From an uncultured Nitrososphaerota archaeon (GTDB taxonomy: Archaea; Korarchaeota; Korarchaeia; Korarchaeales; Korarchaeaceae): a stretch of DNA of 64,000 nt. The translations under genes and the position numbers were made by a program. The DNA lies in the NCBI GenBank assembly GCA_964594835.1, contig CAZQNA010000006.1:64001-128000 (forward strand), in the 5' to 3' direction. Within the stretch, counting starts at the first letter, position 1. Every line of letters begins with the position of its first letter. Under the pieces are notes generated by a model that made no database searches, was not told where the DNA came from, and saw only the letters and a program-made list of their open reading frames with translations. Below, piece after piece: positions 45,153 to 54,507 of the stretch.

Positions 45153-45896
45153 TTGACCGGAAGGGCCAGGACCAGTGTCTTCGTCGGGACCTCCGGGTGG
45201 TTCTACGACTGGAACCCGGACGGGCTGGAGTGGTACGTCAGCTCCTCGGGGCTCAACGCCGTCGAGCTGAACGCCAGCTTCTACCGCTTCCCCAGGCCCT
45301 CGACGGTGCGCAGGTGGGCCGGCGTCGGGGAGGGGATCAGGTGGGCGGTGAAGGTCCACAGGGGGATCACCCACACTAGGAGGCTGTCCAGATCGGCCCT
45401 GGGACTCTGGGAGAGGTTCGAGGACCTCTTCTCTCCGCTAGACGGGCTGATCGACTTCTACCTGTTTCAGATGCCGCCGAGCTTCTCCCGAACCCCCGAG
45501 AGCGAGCGGAGGGTCGGGGAGTTCGCCGCGGAGTCGGGGCTTCGGGAGAGGATGGCGGTCGAGTTCAGGCACCCGAGCTGGTTCTCAGAGGGTGTGGAGG
45601 AGTGGGCCCGGGATCTGGGAATAACGCTGGTCTCCGTCGACGCCCCCGAACTTCCGAGGACCGTGTTCAACACCTCACAACGCGTCTACCTCAGGATGCA
45701 CGGCAGGACCTGGTGGTACGCCCACCGCTACACGCTCGAAGAGCTGACTGAGGTGGCCCGCTCGCTGCTGGCCCTGGATGCTGAGGCCGTCTACGTGTTC
45801 TTCAACAACGACCACGACATGCTGGACAACGGGCGGACGATGCTGGCCCTCCTGGGCGGTGAGGTCAGGGGTCAGCGCACCCTCGACCTGGATTGA
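45153..45896 (+). CDS. DUF72 family protein
   Basis: VGTSGW, VELNASFY, QMPPSF, EFRH, RMHG and FFNN motifs. Confidence 0.9.
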   Translation: MTGRARTSVFVGTSGWFYDWNPDGLEWYVSSSGLNAVELNASFYRFPRPSTVRRWAGVGEGIRWAVKVHRGITHTRRLSRSALGLWERFEDLFSPLDGLIDFYLFQMPPSFSRTPESERRVGEFAAESGLRERMAVEFRHPSWFSEGVEEWARDLGITLVSVDAPELPRTVFNTSQRVYLRMHGRTWWYAHRYTLEELTEVARSLLALDAEAVYVFFNNDHDMLDNGRTMLALLGGEVRGQRTLDLD

Positions 45897-46034
45897 AGTG
45901 AGAGCATCACCTCCTCACGGGGTCTGGTCGGATAGGAGTTCTCAGAAAGCTGGCAGGTCCGACCCGGCCCTCTTGCCGGTCGCGGGCAGTCAATCGTTTA
46001 AAATTGAGCCGAATATGTGGGCGGGATCGGGCAC

Positions 46035-46649
46035 ATGGTAGACCCCTGGGCACTCCTGCTCCTAGGCGTGCTGAGCCTGCTGGGCTTGATCCTCTACCTA
46101 GCGATACACTACAGCGTGCGGCCCGGCGCGAAGCGGGGGGGTATAGAGGACCCCCTGAGGCGGGCCTTCCTCAGGTACTCCGTCCTGGCCTCCCTCCTCC
46201 TCGTCCTGGGACACGCGTGGGTGGGAGTGGAGGAGATGTTTCGGAGCCTGATAAGGCCTGTTAAGCTGGAGCCCGTGTACGTGACGAACTTGGGGGAGCT
46301 GGAGCCTGGATCGGCGGTCTCCTTCGTGATGCCTGTCGACCCCGACATGCTCCCTGCCGATCACCCCTGCATCCTCATCAGGCTCACGCCGGAGGAGGCC
46401 CAGAGGACCGGGAGGGAGCTGATCGCGTACAGCGCCAGGTGCACCCACCTGGGGTGCATAGTGGAGTATATGGAGAGGGACGGCATGGAGATCTACTGCC
46501 CCTGTCACGCGGGAATATTCGATCCCCTCACGGGGAACCCCATATCGGGGCCCCCGAAGAAGCCGCTCCCGGAGGTTCAGCTGAGGGTGGAGGAGGACGG
46601 CTCGATCTACGCCGTGGGGTGGGTGGGTCAAGGTGAGCAGGGCGAGTGA
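46035..46649 (+). CDS. Rieske [2Fe-2S] protein with two N-terminal hydrophobic helices
   Basis: CTHLGC and CPCHAG boxes, GPP..PL; RRAFL twin-arginine-like motif before the second helix. Confidence 0.92.
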   Translation: MVDPWALLLLGVLSLLGLILYLAIHYSVRPGAKRGGIEDPLRRAFLRYSVLASLLLVLGHAWVGVEEMFRSLIRPVKLEPVYVTNLGELEPGSAVSFVMPVDPDMLPADHPCILIRLTPEEAQRTGRELIAYSARCTHLGCIVEYMERDGMEIYCPCHAGIFDPLTGNPISGPPKKPLPEVQLRVEEDGSIYAVGWVGQGEQGE

Positions 46650-48054
46650 GGGTCCCTCCCTGAGGGAGAGGTGGACGCTCAAGTGGTGGGCCAGGGTGCA
46701 CGGGGGCTGCAAGATCCCCCTGCACGCCCTGAGCCCGCTCAACGGCCTTGGTGGACTGGCGTTCCTTATGCTGATCATAGAGGCGGTCACCGGCATCATC
46801 CTCGGGATGTACTACGAGCCGAGGTTCAACGAGGCCAACCTCGCGTACGAGAGCGTCGTGGCCATAACGGAGAACCTCAAGTACGGGTGGCTCCTCAGGG
46901 GGATACACTACCACGCGGCCAACCTGATGATAGTGCTCAGCCTGCTCCACTTCCTCAAGACCTACATAGCTGGCAACTACAGGGAGCCCAAGGGCCTCTG
47001 CCACGTGGTCGGCATACTGACCGGCCTACTGGCGATCCTGGCCTCCATCACGGGCTACTCCATGAGGGCCGACCACATCGGGGCCGAGGCCATCTTAATC
47101 GGGCAGACGCTGGTGAAGTACATGCCGCTGGGCGGCCTGCTGTTCAGGATCGTGTACGGGGTCGGCACCCTCGACGACGCCCTCGTCCGGTACAACGCCT
47201 ACCACTACGCCCTCGGGGCCCTCCTGATAGGCCTCGTCCTCCTCCACGTTTGGTTCAGCCACAGGCACCACGTCGCCCCTCCGATGGACGACAAGCCCTC
47301 CATCCCTGTCGTGCCCGTCTTCCCGAACTTCCTCCTCTCGGTCCTTTCGGGGGTTTTCATGGTCCTGGGCGGGCTGGTGCTGCTCAGTGTGGCCTTCCCA
47401 CCACACCTGGGCGTGAAGTACGTGCCTGGAGAGCCCGTCCCGCCTGGGTTGCCCGAGTGGTACATGGTGGGCGACTACACCCTCATCAAGAGCGGGATCA
47501 ACCCGGTGATAGCTGGAATGGTCGTCCCCCTTCTGGCCGTGACCCCGATAGCCCTCATGCCCTGGATAGACAGCTCGGGGCCGAGGCACCCGAGGCACAG
47601 GAGGTTCGCGATGATCTACCTCGCCGTGTTCATGACGGAATTCACCCTGATGACGGTCTGGGGCTACCTCACTCCTGGGCGGCAGGTGCTCCTCTCCCAG
47701 CAGCTCCCGGCGGCCCTCGCCGTGGCCGTGCTCGCGGCCATTCCCGCGCACTACGCGACCAGGCCGCGGGTGGTTAGGTTCGGCGCGCCGGAGGCGAGGA
47801 GGGTGGAGCGCGGCTCGATCCTACCCTGGCGGAGGATAGCCTCCCTCATCCTGGGGAGGCCTGTTGGGGTCGTCTCCATCCTCCTGGGGTGCCAGGTCGC
47901 GATGGCCCTCCTCGGCTGGTACTGGAACTACCTCGGGCTGCAGAGGCTCTATGCAGTCTCCCTGGGCGCGTCCATCTTCGTGCTGGGCGCCATCCTGCTG
48001 GTGGCCAAGTCGGCGCTCTTCGACCTGAAGCTCCTTAGGCTCTCTGGGCGCTGA
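46633..48054 (+). CDS. Cytochrome b (unsplit) of a Rieske/cytochrome b complex
   Basis: Two His pairs, each with 13 residues between the His, PEWY Qo motif, and extra C-terminal TM helices. Confidence 0.92.
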   Translation: MSRASEGPSLRERWTLKWWARVHGGCKIPLHALSPLNGLGGLAFLMLIIEAVTGIILGMYYEPRFNEANLAYESVVAITENLKYGWLLRGIHYHAANLMIVLSLLHFLKTYIAGNYREPKGLCHVVGILTGLLAILASITGYSMRADHIGAEAILIGQTLVKYMPLGGLLFRIVYGVGTLDDALVRYNAYHYALGALLIGLVLLHVWFSHRHHVAPPMDDKPSIPVVPVFPNFLLSVLSGVFMVLGGLVLLSVAFPPHLGVKYVPGEPVPPGLPEWYMVGDYTLIKSGINPVIAGMVVPLLAVTPIALMPWIDSSGPRHPRHRRFAMIYLAVFMTEFTLMTVWGYLTPGRQVLLSQQLPAALAVAVLAAIPAHYATRPRVVRFGAPEARRVERGSILPWRRIASLILGRPVGVVSILLGCQVAMALLGWYWNYLGLQRLYAVSLGASIFVLGAILLVAKSALFDLKLLRLSGR

Positions 48055-48069
48055 GCGACTCGAGGCTCC

Positions 48070-48804
48070 TCAGATCTTCCCGGTCAGCCTAGCCTTGAGG
48101 GTCATCCTCTTGAGCTCCGCTATCAGGCTGCCCGGCCTGATGTGCTTAGGACACACCTCGGCGCATGCGTAGACCTGGTGGCACCTCCAGACTCCGGAGG
48201 CCTCGCTGTCAGCCACCAGGAGCCTCAGCGGCTTCACGTCATCCCTCTCCCTCGAGTCCACCGTGAACCTGTAGAGCTGGGTCAGCGCGGCGGGTCCCAA
48301 GAAGAGCGGATCCGTTGAGGCGACGGGGCACGCCGACACGCAGGCCCCGCACCATATACAGTCCGAGGGGGACTTGTACCTCTCGAACTCCTTGGGGGAG
48401 ACCCTGGGCTCCCTCACCTCCTCCCTAGGGTAGAGGTAGGGCATCACGGCCTCCATCTGCCTGAGGAATGGCTCTATGTCCACGACGAGGTCCTTGAGCA
48501 CCCTGAAGTGGGCGAGGGGCTCAACCTTCACCCTCCTGCCGAGGTCGGCGATCTGGGTCTCGCAGGCCAGCCTCTGCACCCCGTTGATCATCATGGCGCA
48601 GGAGCCGCAGATCTTGGCCCTGCAGCTGTACCTGAACGAGAGGGTCGGGTCCAGCTCCTGAAGTATGTAGAGGAGCCCGTCCAGGACGGTCATGCCCTTT
48701 CGGTAGGGCACCTCGTACTCCACGTAGTATGGAGCCTTGTCCCTCTTCGGGTCGAACCTGTAGACGGTGAACCTGACGGTCTCGCCCTCCTCGATCTGGG
48801 CCAT
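48070..48804 (-). CDS. sdhB: Succinate dehydrogenase/fumarate reductase Fe-S subunit
   Basis: SCR..ICGSC...LAC, CIWCGAC...CP and CHQ...C...CP motifs. Confidence 0.94.
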   Translation of the reverse strand: MAQIEEGETVRFTVYRFDPKRDKAPYYVEYEVPYRKGMTVLDGLLYILQELDPTLSFRYSCRAKICGSCAMMINGVQRLACETQIADLGRRVKVEPLAHFRVLKDLVVDIEPFLRQMEAVMPYLYPREEVREPRVSPKEFERYKSPSDCIWCGACVSACPVASTDPLFLGPAALTQLYRFTVDSRERDDVKPLRLLVADSEASGVWRCHQVYACAEVCPKHIRPGSLIAELKRMTLKARLTGKI

Positions 48805-48821
48805 CCCAGCCTCACCCCCGC

Positions 48822-50522
48822 TCAGTACTTCCTCTCGGTGGGCTGCCACTTCGTGATCACCACCGGCTTGTAATCGAACTCGGGCCCCTCTGGTGTGTAG
48901 AAGGCCAGGGTGTGCTTCAGCCAGTTCTCGTCATCTCTCTTGGGATAGTCCCGCCTGTAGTGCCCGCCCCTGCTCTCCGTGCGCCTGAGGGCGCCCTCGG
49001 CGATGGCCAGGGCAACGTCGAGCATCCCCTCTATGATGAGGGCGTCCAGGAGGCCCTGGCTGAACGGCCCTGGGGAGGCCGGGACGCCCGCCCTCTCTTG
49101 ATACTCCTTCCTCAGTCTCCTAATCGTCTCGACCCCCTTTCTGAGTCCCTCCTCCTCCCTGAAGATCCCCACGTAGTCCCACATGGCCTGCTGCATGTCC
49201 CTCCTTATCCTGTACGGGTTGGAGTGTCCCTCCTCCTTCCCCCTCTCCACCAGGGTCTTGATCCTCCCCTCTACCTCCTCCAGGGCCCTCTCGACTGCCT
49301 CCCTCCCGTCGAACTCCCTGTGCTTGACGTCCTCCGAGGCCGAGGCCCCCGCCCTCGCCCCGAAGACGACGCACTCCAGGAGGGAGTTTCCGCCGAGCCT
49401 GTTGGCCCCGTGGACGCTGACGCAGGCGCACTCCCCCGCCGCGTAAAGGCCCTTGACTCTGGCCCTCCCGTGCTTGTCGGTCTCTATCCCGCCCATAGTG
49501 TAGTGCTGGCCCGGCTGCACGGGGATGGGCTCCTCCCTGGCGTCAACCCCTGCGAACTTGAGGGCCAGCTCCCATATCTGCGGGAGCCTCTCCATTATCA
49601 GGTCGGCCCCTAAGTGGGAGATGACAAGGTGGACATACTCGTTCTCGAACCCCCTCCCCTCCAGCACCTCGGTCCATATGGCCCTGGCCACTATGTCCCT
49701 GGGGGCCAGCTCCATCTTCTCCGGGGCGTACCTCTCCATGAACCTCTCGCCCTCGGCGTTGAGCAGGATCCCGCCCTCTCCTCTGGCCGCCTCGCTGATG
49801 AGGATGTTCGTCCCGTAGAGCGTCGTCGGGTGGAACTGGATGAACTCCATGTCCTCCAGCGGGGCGCCGACCCAGTAGGCCAGGGCCATCCCGAAGCCGG
49901 TGCTCTGGTGGCTGTTGGTGGTCCTGGCGTAGATCCTGCCAGCCCCGCCGGTGGCCATGATCACGGCCTTGGCCTCGTAGGTCTCCAGCTCCCCGGTCTG
50001 AAGGTTCATGGCGACCAGGCCCCTCACGCCCTCCTCGTCCCGGGCGAGGCGGAGCACGGCCCTCTCGTTGTAGAACGTGACCCCCAGCCTGAGGGCCTGC
50101 TGGAAGACGGTGTGCATCACCGCGTGCCCCGTCTTGTCGGCGGCGTAGCAGGTCCTGGGGAACCCTGCCCCGCCGAAGGGCCTCTGCGCTATCCTTCCGT
50201 CCTCGAACCTGCTGAAGGGGACCCCCCACCTGTCAAGCTCGAGGACCCTCTCTATTGCGTCCTGGCAGTACTCCAGGACGGCGTCCTGGTCGGCCAGGTA
50301 GTCGGCGCCCTTGATCGTGTCGAAGGCGTGCCTCTCCACGCTGTCGCTGGGGTCCGCGTTGCCGAAGGCTGCGTTTATCCCACCCTGGGCCGCCACCGAG
50401 TGCGACCTCATCGGGTAGAGCACGCTCACAACGGCCACGTCCGCGCCCCTCAGCTTGGCCTCGACGGCGGCCCTGAGGCCGGCGAGTCCACCCCCAACGA
50501 CTATCACGTCGTGCCTCTCCAA
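48822..50522 (-). CDS. sdhA: Succinate dehydrogenase/fumarate reductase flavoprotein
   Basis: GGGLAG, RSHSVAAQGG, QFHPT, HYTMGG, HGANRLGGNSL and ESRGGH motifs. Confidence 0.95.
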   Translation of the reverse strand: MERHDVIVVGGGLAGLRAAVEAKLRGADVAVVSVLYPMRSHSVAAQGGINAAFGNADPSDSVERHAFDTIKGADYLADQDAVLEYCQDAIERVLELDRWGVPFSRFEDGRIAQRPFGGAGFPRTCYAADKTGHAVMHTVFQQALRLGVTFYNERAVLRLARDEEGVRGLVAMNLQTGELETYEAKAVIMATGGAGRIYARTTNSHQSTGFGMALAYWVGAPLEDMEFIQFHPTTLYGTNILISEAARGEGGILLNAEGERFMERYAPEKMELAPRDIVARAIWTEVLEGRGFENEYVHLVISHLGADLIMERLPQIWELALKFAGVDAREEPIPVQPGQHYTMGGIETDKHGRARVKGLYAAGECACVSVHGANRLGGNSLLECVVFGARAGASASEDVKHREFDGREAVERALEEVEGRIKTLVERGKEEGHSNPYRIRRDMQQAMWDYVGIFREEEGLRKGVETIRRLRKEYQERAGVPASPGPFSQGLLDALIIEGMLDVALAIAEGALRRTESRGGHYRRDYPKRDDENWLKHTLAFYTPEGPEFDYKPVVITKWQPTERKY

Positions 50523-50543
50523 GGGCGATCCCCCTCAGCCGGT

Positions 50544-50933
50544 TCAGAGCCCGACGGCGTAGGCCCAGTACACCATGAAGATCACGGTGGCCGCGAGCAC
50601 GGCCAGGAAGAGCTTGTCCTCCCTCTCCGCCGCCCAGCCGAAGGCCTCGATCAGGATCACCCTGATCCCGTTGAAGGCGTGGTAGGCGCCAGTGAACAGG
50701 ATCAGGTCGTCGGTAAGGAGGGTTCCTCCGGGGAAGGTGTAGCCGAAGTGGTTTGCGAGGACGTGCACGACCGCACCGAACACCATCAGGGCTCCGGTCA
50801 CCCTCTGGAGGAGCCAGGCCCACATTCCCAGGCCCCTCCTCCTCACGTGGGTGACCCAGTGGACCACGTTCCTGAAGTCCGCGCCGGGGTTTCTGACCTC
50901 CCGGGGGACAGGGGCCGACTCCTCATCCGGCAT
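50544..50933 (-). CDS. sdhC: Succinate dehydrogenase cytochrome b anchor subunit
   Basis: GMWAWLLQRVTG and YHAFNGIRVIL motifs; 3 TM helices. Confidence 0.85.
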   Translation of the reverse strand: MPDEESAPVPREVRNPGADFRNVVHWVTHVRRRGLGMWAWLLQRVTGALMVFGAVVHVLANHFGYTFPGGTLLTDDLILFTGAYHAFNGIRVILIEAFGWAAEREDKLFLAVLAATVIFMVYWAYAVGL

Positions 50934-51066
50934 GTTGGCTCGTGGGGGGCGACCCCCCCGTCTGTTAAAAGATTGTCTTTACCCGAAAGGGGAAGCGCCT
51001 GGGGGTCGGCGTGGCCGCCGAGGGCTCAGTCAGTGACCCTTCGACCGACACGCACTTCGAGGTGAT

Positions 51067-51633
51067 CTAGTGCAGGAGCTTCAGCCTCTTTGCCGCCTCG
51101 ATCACGAGCCCGGCCGCGGACTCCAGGTCCTCCGTGGGCAGGACGGGCACCTGGTCCCCCCAGCCCGTCCTGAGGTAGCCCTCACTCGACTCCGAGCAGA
51201 CCGCCGCCACCACCGGCTCCGTCAGCCGACGGAGCCACGACTCCGCCTCTCGGGCGCCGTGGGCGACCACGACCTTCAGCACGTCCCTCCTCCCCGCGGC
51301 GAGCCTGTCAAATCCGCACAGGACCGCGGCGTCGGGCGGAACCGCCTGTCCGGCCCCCAGCATGGAGAGGAGGTCCTCCAGCTCCTTGGGTGTTCCCACG
51401 AGGGTTATCCGAGATCTCCTCCTCCCCACGAGCCCCACGACTCCGGCCCCGGAGTCCTCGAGGAGGCCGGGCTCCGTGTCCGGCCTCTCCCTGACGGCCG
51501 AGTCCGAAGGGGCCCTAACGGCCGCGGCGACCCTGTACCCCCTCGTCGCCAGCGCCCGGACCACGGCGGCCGCCACCCTGGAGCGACCAGCGCCCCTGGG
51601 ACCGGACACCAGGACCACGAGCAAGGCGCCCAC
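51067..51633 (-). CDS. MobB-like P-loop protein (degenerate)
   Basis: VSGPRGAGRS...L..RGYRVA and overall MobB-like layout; the 5' part of the ORF-track call overlaps the next gene. Confidence 0.55.
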   Translation of the reverse strand: MGALLVVLVSGPRGAGRSRVAAAVVRALATRGYRVAAAVRAPSDSAVRERPDTEPGLLEDSGAGVVGLVGRRRSRITLVGTPKELEDLLSMLGAGQAVPPDAAVLCGFDRLAAGRRDVLKVVVAHGAREAESWLRRLTEPVVAAVCSESSEGYLRTGWGDQVPVLPTEDLESAAGLVIEAAKRLKLLH

Positions 51634-51635
51634 CC

Positions 51636-51956
51636 TCAGGCCCCGCTGAAGATCCTCATCCTCCTCTGAATCGTCATCTTGATGCGAAGGAGCCAGCTCT
51701 GGGCCTCCTCCCTCGCCTGGGGGGACACCTCCCCGGACCCCAGGATTGAGGCTATGGCCCCGACGGACTCCCTGAGGCCGAACCTCTCGAGGGGCTCGGC
51801 CAGGGTGTCCGCGGCCTGAACGGCCTCCTCGAACCTCCCCGAGTCGAGGAGGTCGATCAGCCTCAGCAGCTGGGCCAGGTACCTCTCCTCGGCGTAGCTG
51901 CAGGCCACGGCCAGCCTCTTCAGGTAGAACTGGAGGCTCTCCACCCCGTCTCCCAA
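51636..51956 (-). CDS. Hypothetical helical protein
   Basis: Typical codon usage; fills the operon gap. Confidence 0.65.
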   Translation of the reverse strand: MGDGVESLQFYLKRLAVACSYAEERYLAQLLRLIDLLDSGRFEEAVQAADTLAEPLERFGLRESVGAIASILGSGEVSPQAREEAQSWLLRIKMTIQRRMRIFSGA

Positions 51957-51990
51957 CGTCGGGGTTCACCCCGCGGGATCTGATTAACCT

Positions 51991-52440
51991 TCACCGCTCG
52001 GGGCCCAGCTCGAACTCCCCCTCCTCGCACACCCTCCCGGTGAAGAAGAGCTCGGCTATCTCTCCGGCCGACCTGGCGAACACCTCGGGCCCCTCGTCGT
52101 CGGGGAGGCCCACGGAGAGGACCGTGATCGAGCACCCCGTGTGCTCCTCCAGGTGTATAGAGAAGACCAGCTCCCCGTCCATCTCCTCCCACTCCTCGTC
52201 CTCCGACAGGGACTTCCTGTAGTACCTCGCCCTCCACCTGCCGAACTCGATCGTGACGGCCGAGGCCCCGACGAACCTGGCGAGCCCCTCGACCGCCTCG
52301 AGCAGGTACCTCCTCAGCTCCTCAACGTCCATGGAAAGGAGCGACCAGGGGTCCCCCTTGGCCCTCCCGACAAGCTCCTCCCACCTGCGCTCGATTGCCT
52401 CCAGGTCAACCTCGGCGTCGGCCAATTTCCCTCTCTCCAC
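51991..52440 (-). CDS. Hypothetical acidic protein
   Basis: Typical codon usage; follows the PadR gene. Confidence 0.65.
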   Translation of the reverse strand: MERGKLADAEVDLEAIERRWEELVGRAKGDPWSLLSMDVEELRRYLLEAVEGLARFVGASAVTIEFGRWRARYYRKSLSEDEEWEEMDGELVFSIHLEEHTGCSITVLSVGLPDDEGPEVFARSAGEIAELFFTGRVCEEGEFELGPER

Positions 52441-52990
52441 CCACAGAATCCTGGGTACTAAAACTCTGCCGCTCGGTGGACGCCGTCGCCTCTCTGATCT
52501 CTCGGGCCGCCGTCCTGAGGACCTCGACGACCCTCTCCCTCACCTGGGGGTCGGAGAGGCGGACCTCTACCTCGAAGAGCGCCGCCCTCACCTCCCTGAG
52601 CGCGTCCACGATCTCGCCCGGGATGCTGGGCTCCAGCAGTGCCCTGGCCGCGTCCACGAACCTCTCGTAGTCCCTCCTCAGGAGGGACTTCGCCTCCTCC
52701 AGCCTCTCTGCCAGCTCCCCCCCCTTGGGCGTCAGGTAGTAAACCTTCCTCCTCCCCTCCTCCCTCCGGGCCACGACCCCCCGGGACTCTAGGTCCCTGA
52801 GGAGCGGGTAGATGGTCCCGGGAGAGGGCCTCCAGTGACCAGTCCTTCGCTCTATCTCCCTGATCATGTCGTAGCCCGTCAGCTCCCCCTTCTCCCTCAG
52901 CATCCTGATGATAGCCATCCTGAGCACTCCCCTCCCGCCGACGGGGATGGGGTGCCTCCCAGCCCCGCGGTCCCTATCTTCCTCTGACAC
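52406..52990 (-). CDS. PadR-family transcriptional regulator
   Basis: GYDMIREI...WRPSPGTIYPLL...RKVYYLT. Confidence 0.9.
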   Translation of the reverse strand: MSEEDRDRGAGRHPIPVGGRGVLRMAIIRMLREKGELTGYDMIREIERRTGHWRPSPGTIYPLLRDLESRGVVARREEGRRKVYYLTPKGGELAERLEEAKSLLRRDYERFVDAARALLEPSIPGEIVDALREVRAALFEVEVRLSDPQVRERVVEVLRTAAREIREATASTERQSFSTQDSVGGEREIGRRRG

Positions 52991-53076
52991 CAGAGCGCCG
53001 GCTCACCCATAGGGTATTAACGTATCCGAGCGTGCCAGAGTGGACGCTTATAGCTCTGGTTCCCCACGACGGCCCG

Positions 53077-53571
53077 ATGGGGCCCGGATACGATCTCGTG
53101 ATCCTCGACCTCGACCTCACCGTCTGGGACCACAGGGACGCCTCCTCCCTGAGCCCTCCCTACAGGAGGATCTCGGAGGACGCTGCAGAGGATTCGGAGG
53201 GCGTGAGGGTCCGCCTCAGGCCGGGGGTGAGGTCCTTCCTTGAGAGGTGCGAGAGAGAGGGGGTCCTGGTCTCCGTGGCCAGCTGGAACAGGCCCGAGAA
53301 GGTGTTCCCCCTTCTGGAGGCGCTGGGGCTGGACCGCCACCTCTGGAACCCCGTGGTAGAGTTCCACCCCGACAAGGTGGCCATGGTGAGGAAGATCCTC
53401 GGCCGCCTCGGGCCTGGGTGGGATGGGAGGGCCCTCTTCGTCGACGACAAGGAGGAGCACGTCAGGGCAGTGGCCGAGGCGTTCGATAGGGTCGACGCCG
53501 TCCGGTTCGGGGTGGACGTCATGTCTTTCCGGGAGCTGGAGGAGCTGGTGTTCGGCCGGCGGGAGGTGTGA
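53077..53571 (+). CDS. Magnesium-dependent phosphatase-1 (HAD superfamily)
   Basis: DLDLTVWD, ASWN, HPDK and FVDD motifs. Confidence 0.88.
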   Translation: MGPGYDLVILDLDLTVWDHRDASSLSPPYRRISEDAAEDSEGVRVRLRPGVRSFLERCEREGVLVSVASWNRPEKVFPLLEALGLDRHLWNPVVEFHPDKVAMVRKILGRLGPGWDGRALFVDDKEEHVRAVAEAFDRVDAVRFGVDVMSFRELEELVFGRREV

Positions 53572-53574
53572 GGC

Positions 53575-54492
53575 CTGGAGTACGCGGAGCTCGGCCGGAC
53601 GGGCATAAGGGTGTCCAGAGTTGGGCTGGGGACCTGGCAGATCGGGACCTCCTACTGGGGGTGGGGGGCCGAGTTCGACAGGGAGAAGGCGATTCGGGTG
53701 ATAAGGACCGCCCTTGAGCTCGGCGTGAACCTCATCGACACGGCCGAACTCTACGGGTGGGGCACCTCCGAGAGGGTGGTGGGTGAGGCCGTCAGGGACG
53801 TGAGGGACGAGGTGGTCATAGCCACGAAGGTATCCCCGTGGCACCCGACACCCCGCGGGGTGAGGAGGGCGCTGGAGGGGAGCCTGAGGAGGCTCGGCGT
53901 GGACTACGTGGACCTCTACCAGATCCACTGGCCCAACCCCCTGGTCCCCCTGGGCCGGACCATGAGGGCGCTGGAGCGGCTACTGGAGGAGGGGAGGATC
54001 AGGGCGATAGGCGTGAGCAACTTCTCCCTCAGGAGGCTTGAGGAGGCCAGGAGTCACCTCAGCAGGCACGACGTGGCCTCCAACCAGGTCGAGTACAACC
54101 TGCTGAAGAGGGACGTGGAGGGGGACCTCCTGCCCTACTGCGAGAGGGAGAAGATCACGCTGATGGCCTACAGTCCGCTGGCGCAGGGCCTGCTGACGGG
54201 GAAGTACGGCCCCGGAAGGATGCCCCCGGGGCTCCAGAGGAGGATCACGGTGCTCCTGAGGTACGGCGGGTCGGGGAGGTTGTCCAGGGTTCTGGGGGCG
54301 CTGAGGGAGGTCGCCGATGCCAGAGGCGTCACGCCGTCTCAGGTCGCCCTGAACTGGGTGCTCAGGAGTCCCGCCGTGGTTGCCATACCGGGGGCGAAGA
54401 GGGAGGAGCACGTGAGGCAGAACGCCCGGGCTGTGGGCTGGTCTCTGAGCCCGGGGGAGTTCGAGGTCATCGAGAGGGCCCTCCGGGGCTGA
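53575..54492 (+). CDS. Aldo/keto reductase (probable CTG start)
   Basis: (M)EYAELGRTGIRVSRVGLGTW, DTAELYG, ATK, DLYQIHWP, GVSNF and AYSPL motifs. Confidence 0.93.
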   Translation: MEYAELGRTGIRVSRVGLGTWQIGTSYWGWGAEFDREKAIRVIRTALELGVNLIDTAELYGWGTSERVVGEAVRDVRDEVVIATKVSPWHPTPRGVRRALEGSLRRLGVDYVDLYQIHWPNPLVPLGRTMRALERLLEEGRIRAIGVSNFSLRRLEEARSHLSRHDVASNQVEYNLLKRDVEGDLLPYCEREKITLMAYSPLAQGLLTGKYGPGRMPPGLQRRITVLLRYGGSGRLSRVLGALREVADARGVTPSQVALNWVLRSPAVVAIPGAKREEHVRQNARAVGWSLSPGEFEVIERALRG

Positions 54493-54507
54493 GGTCGCCG
54501 TTGGCCC

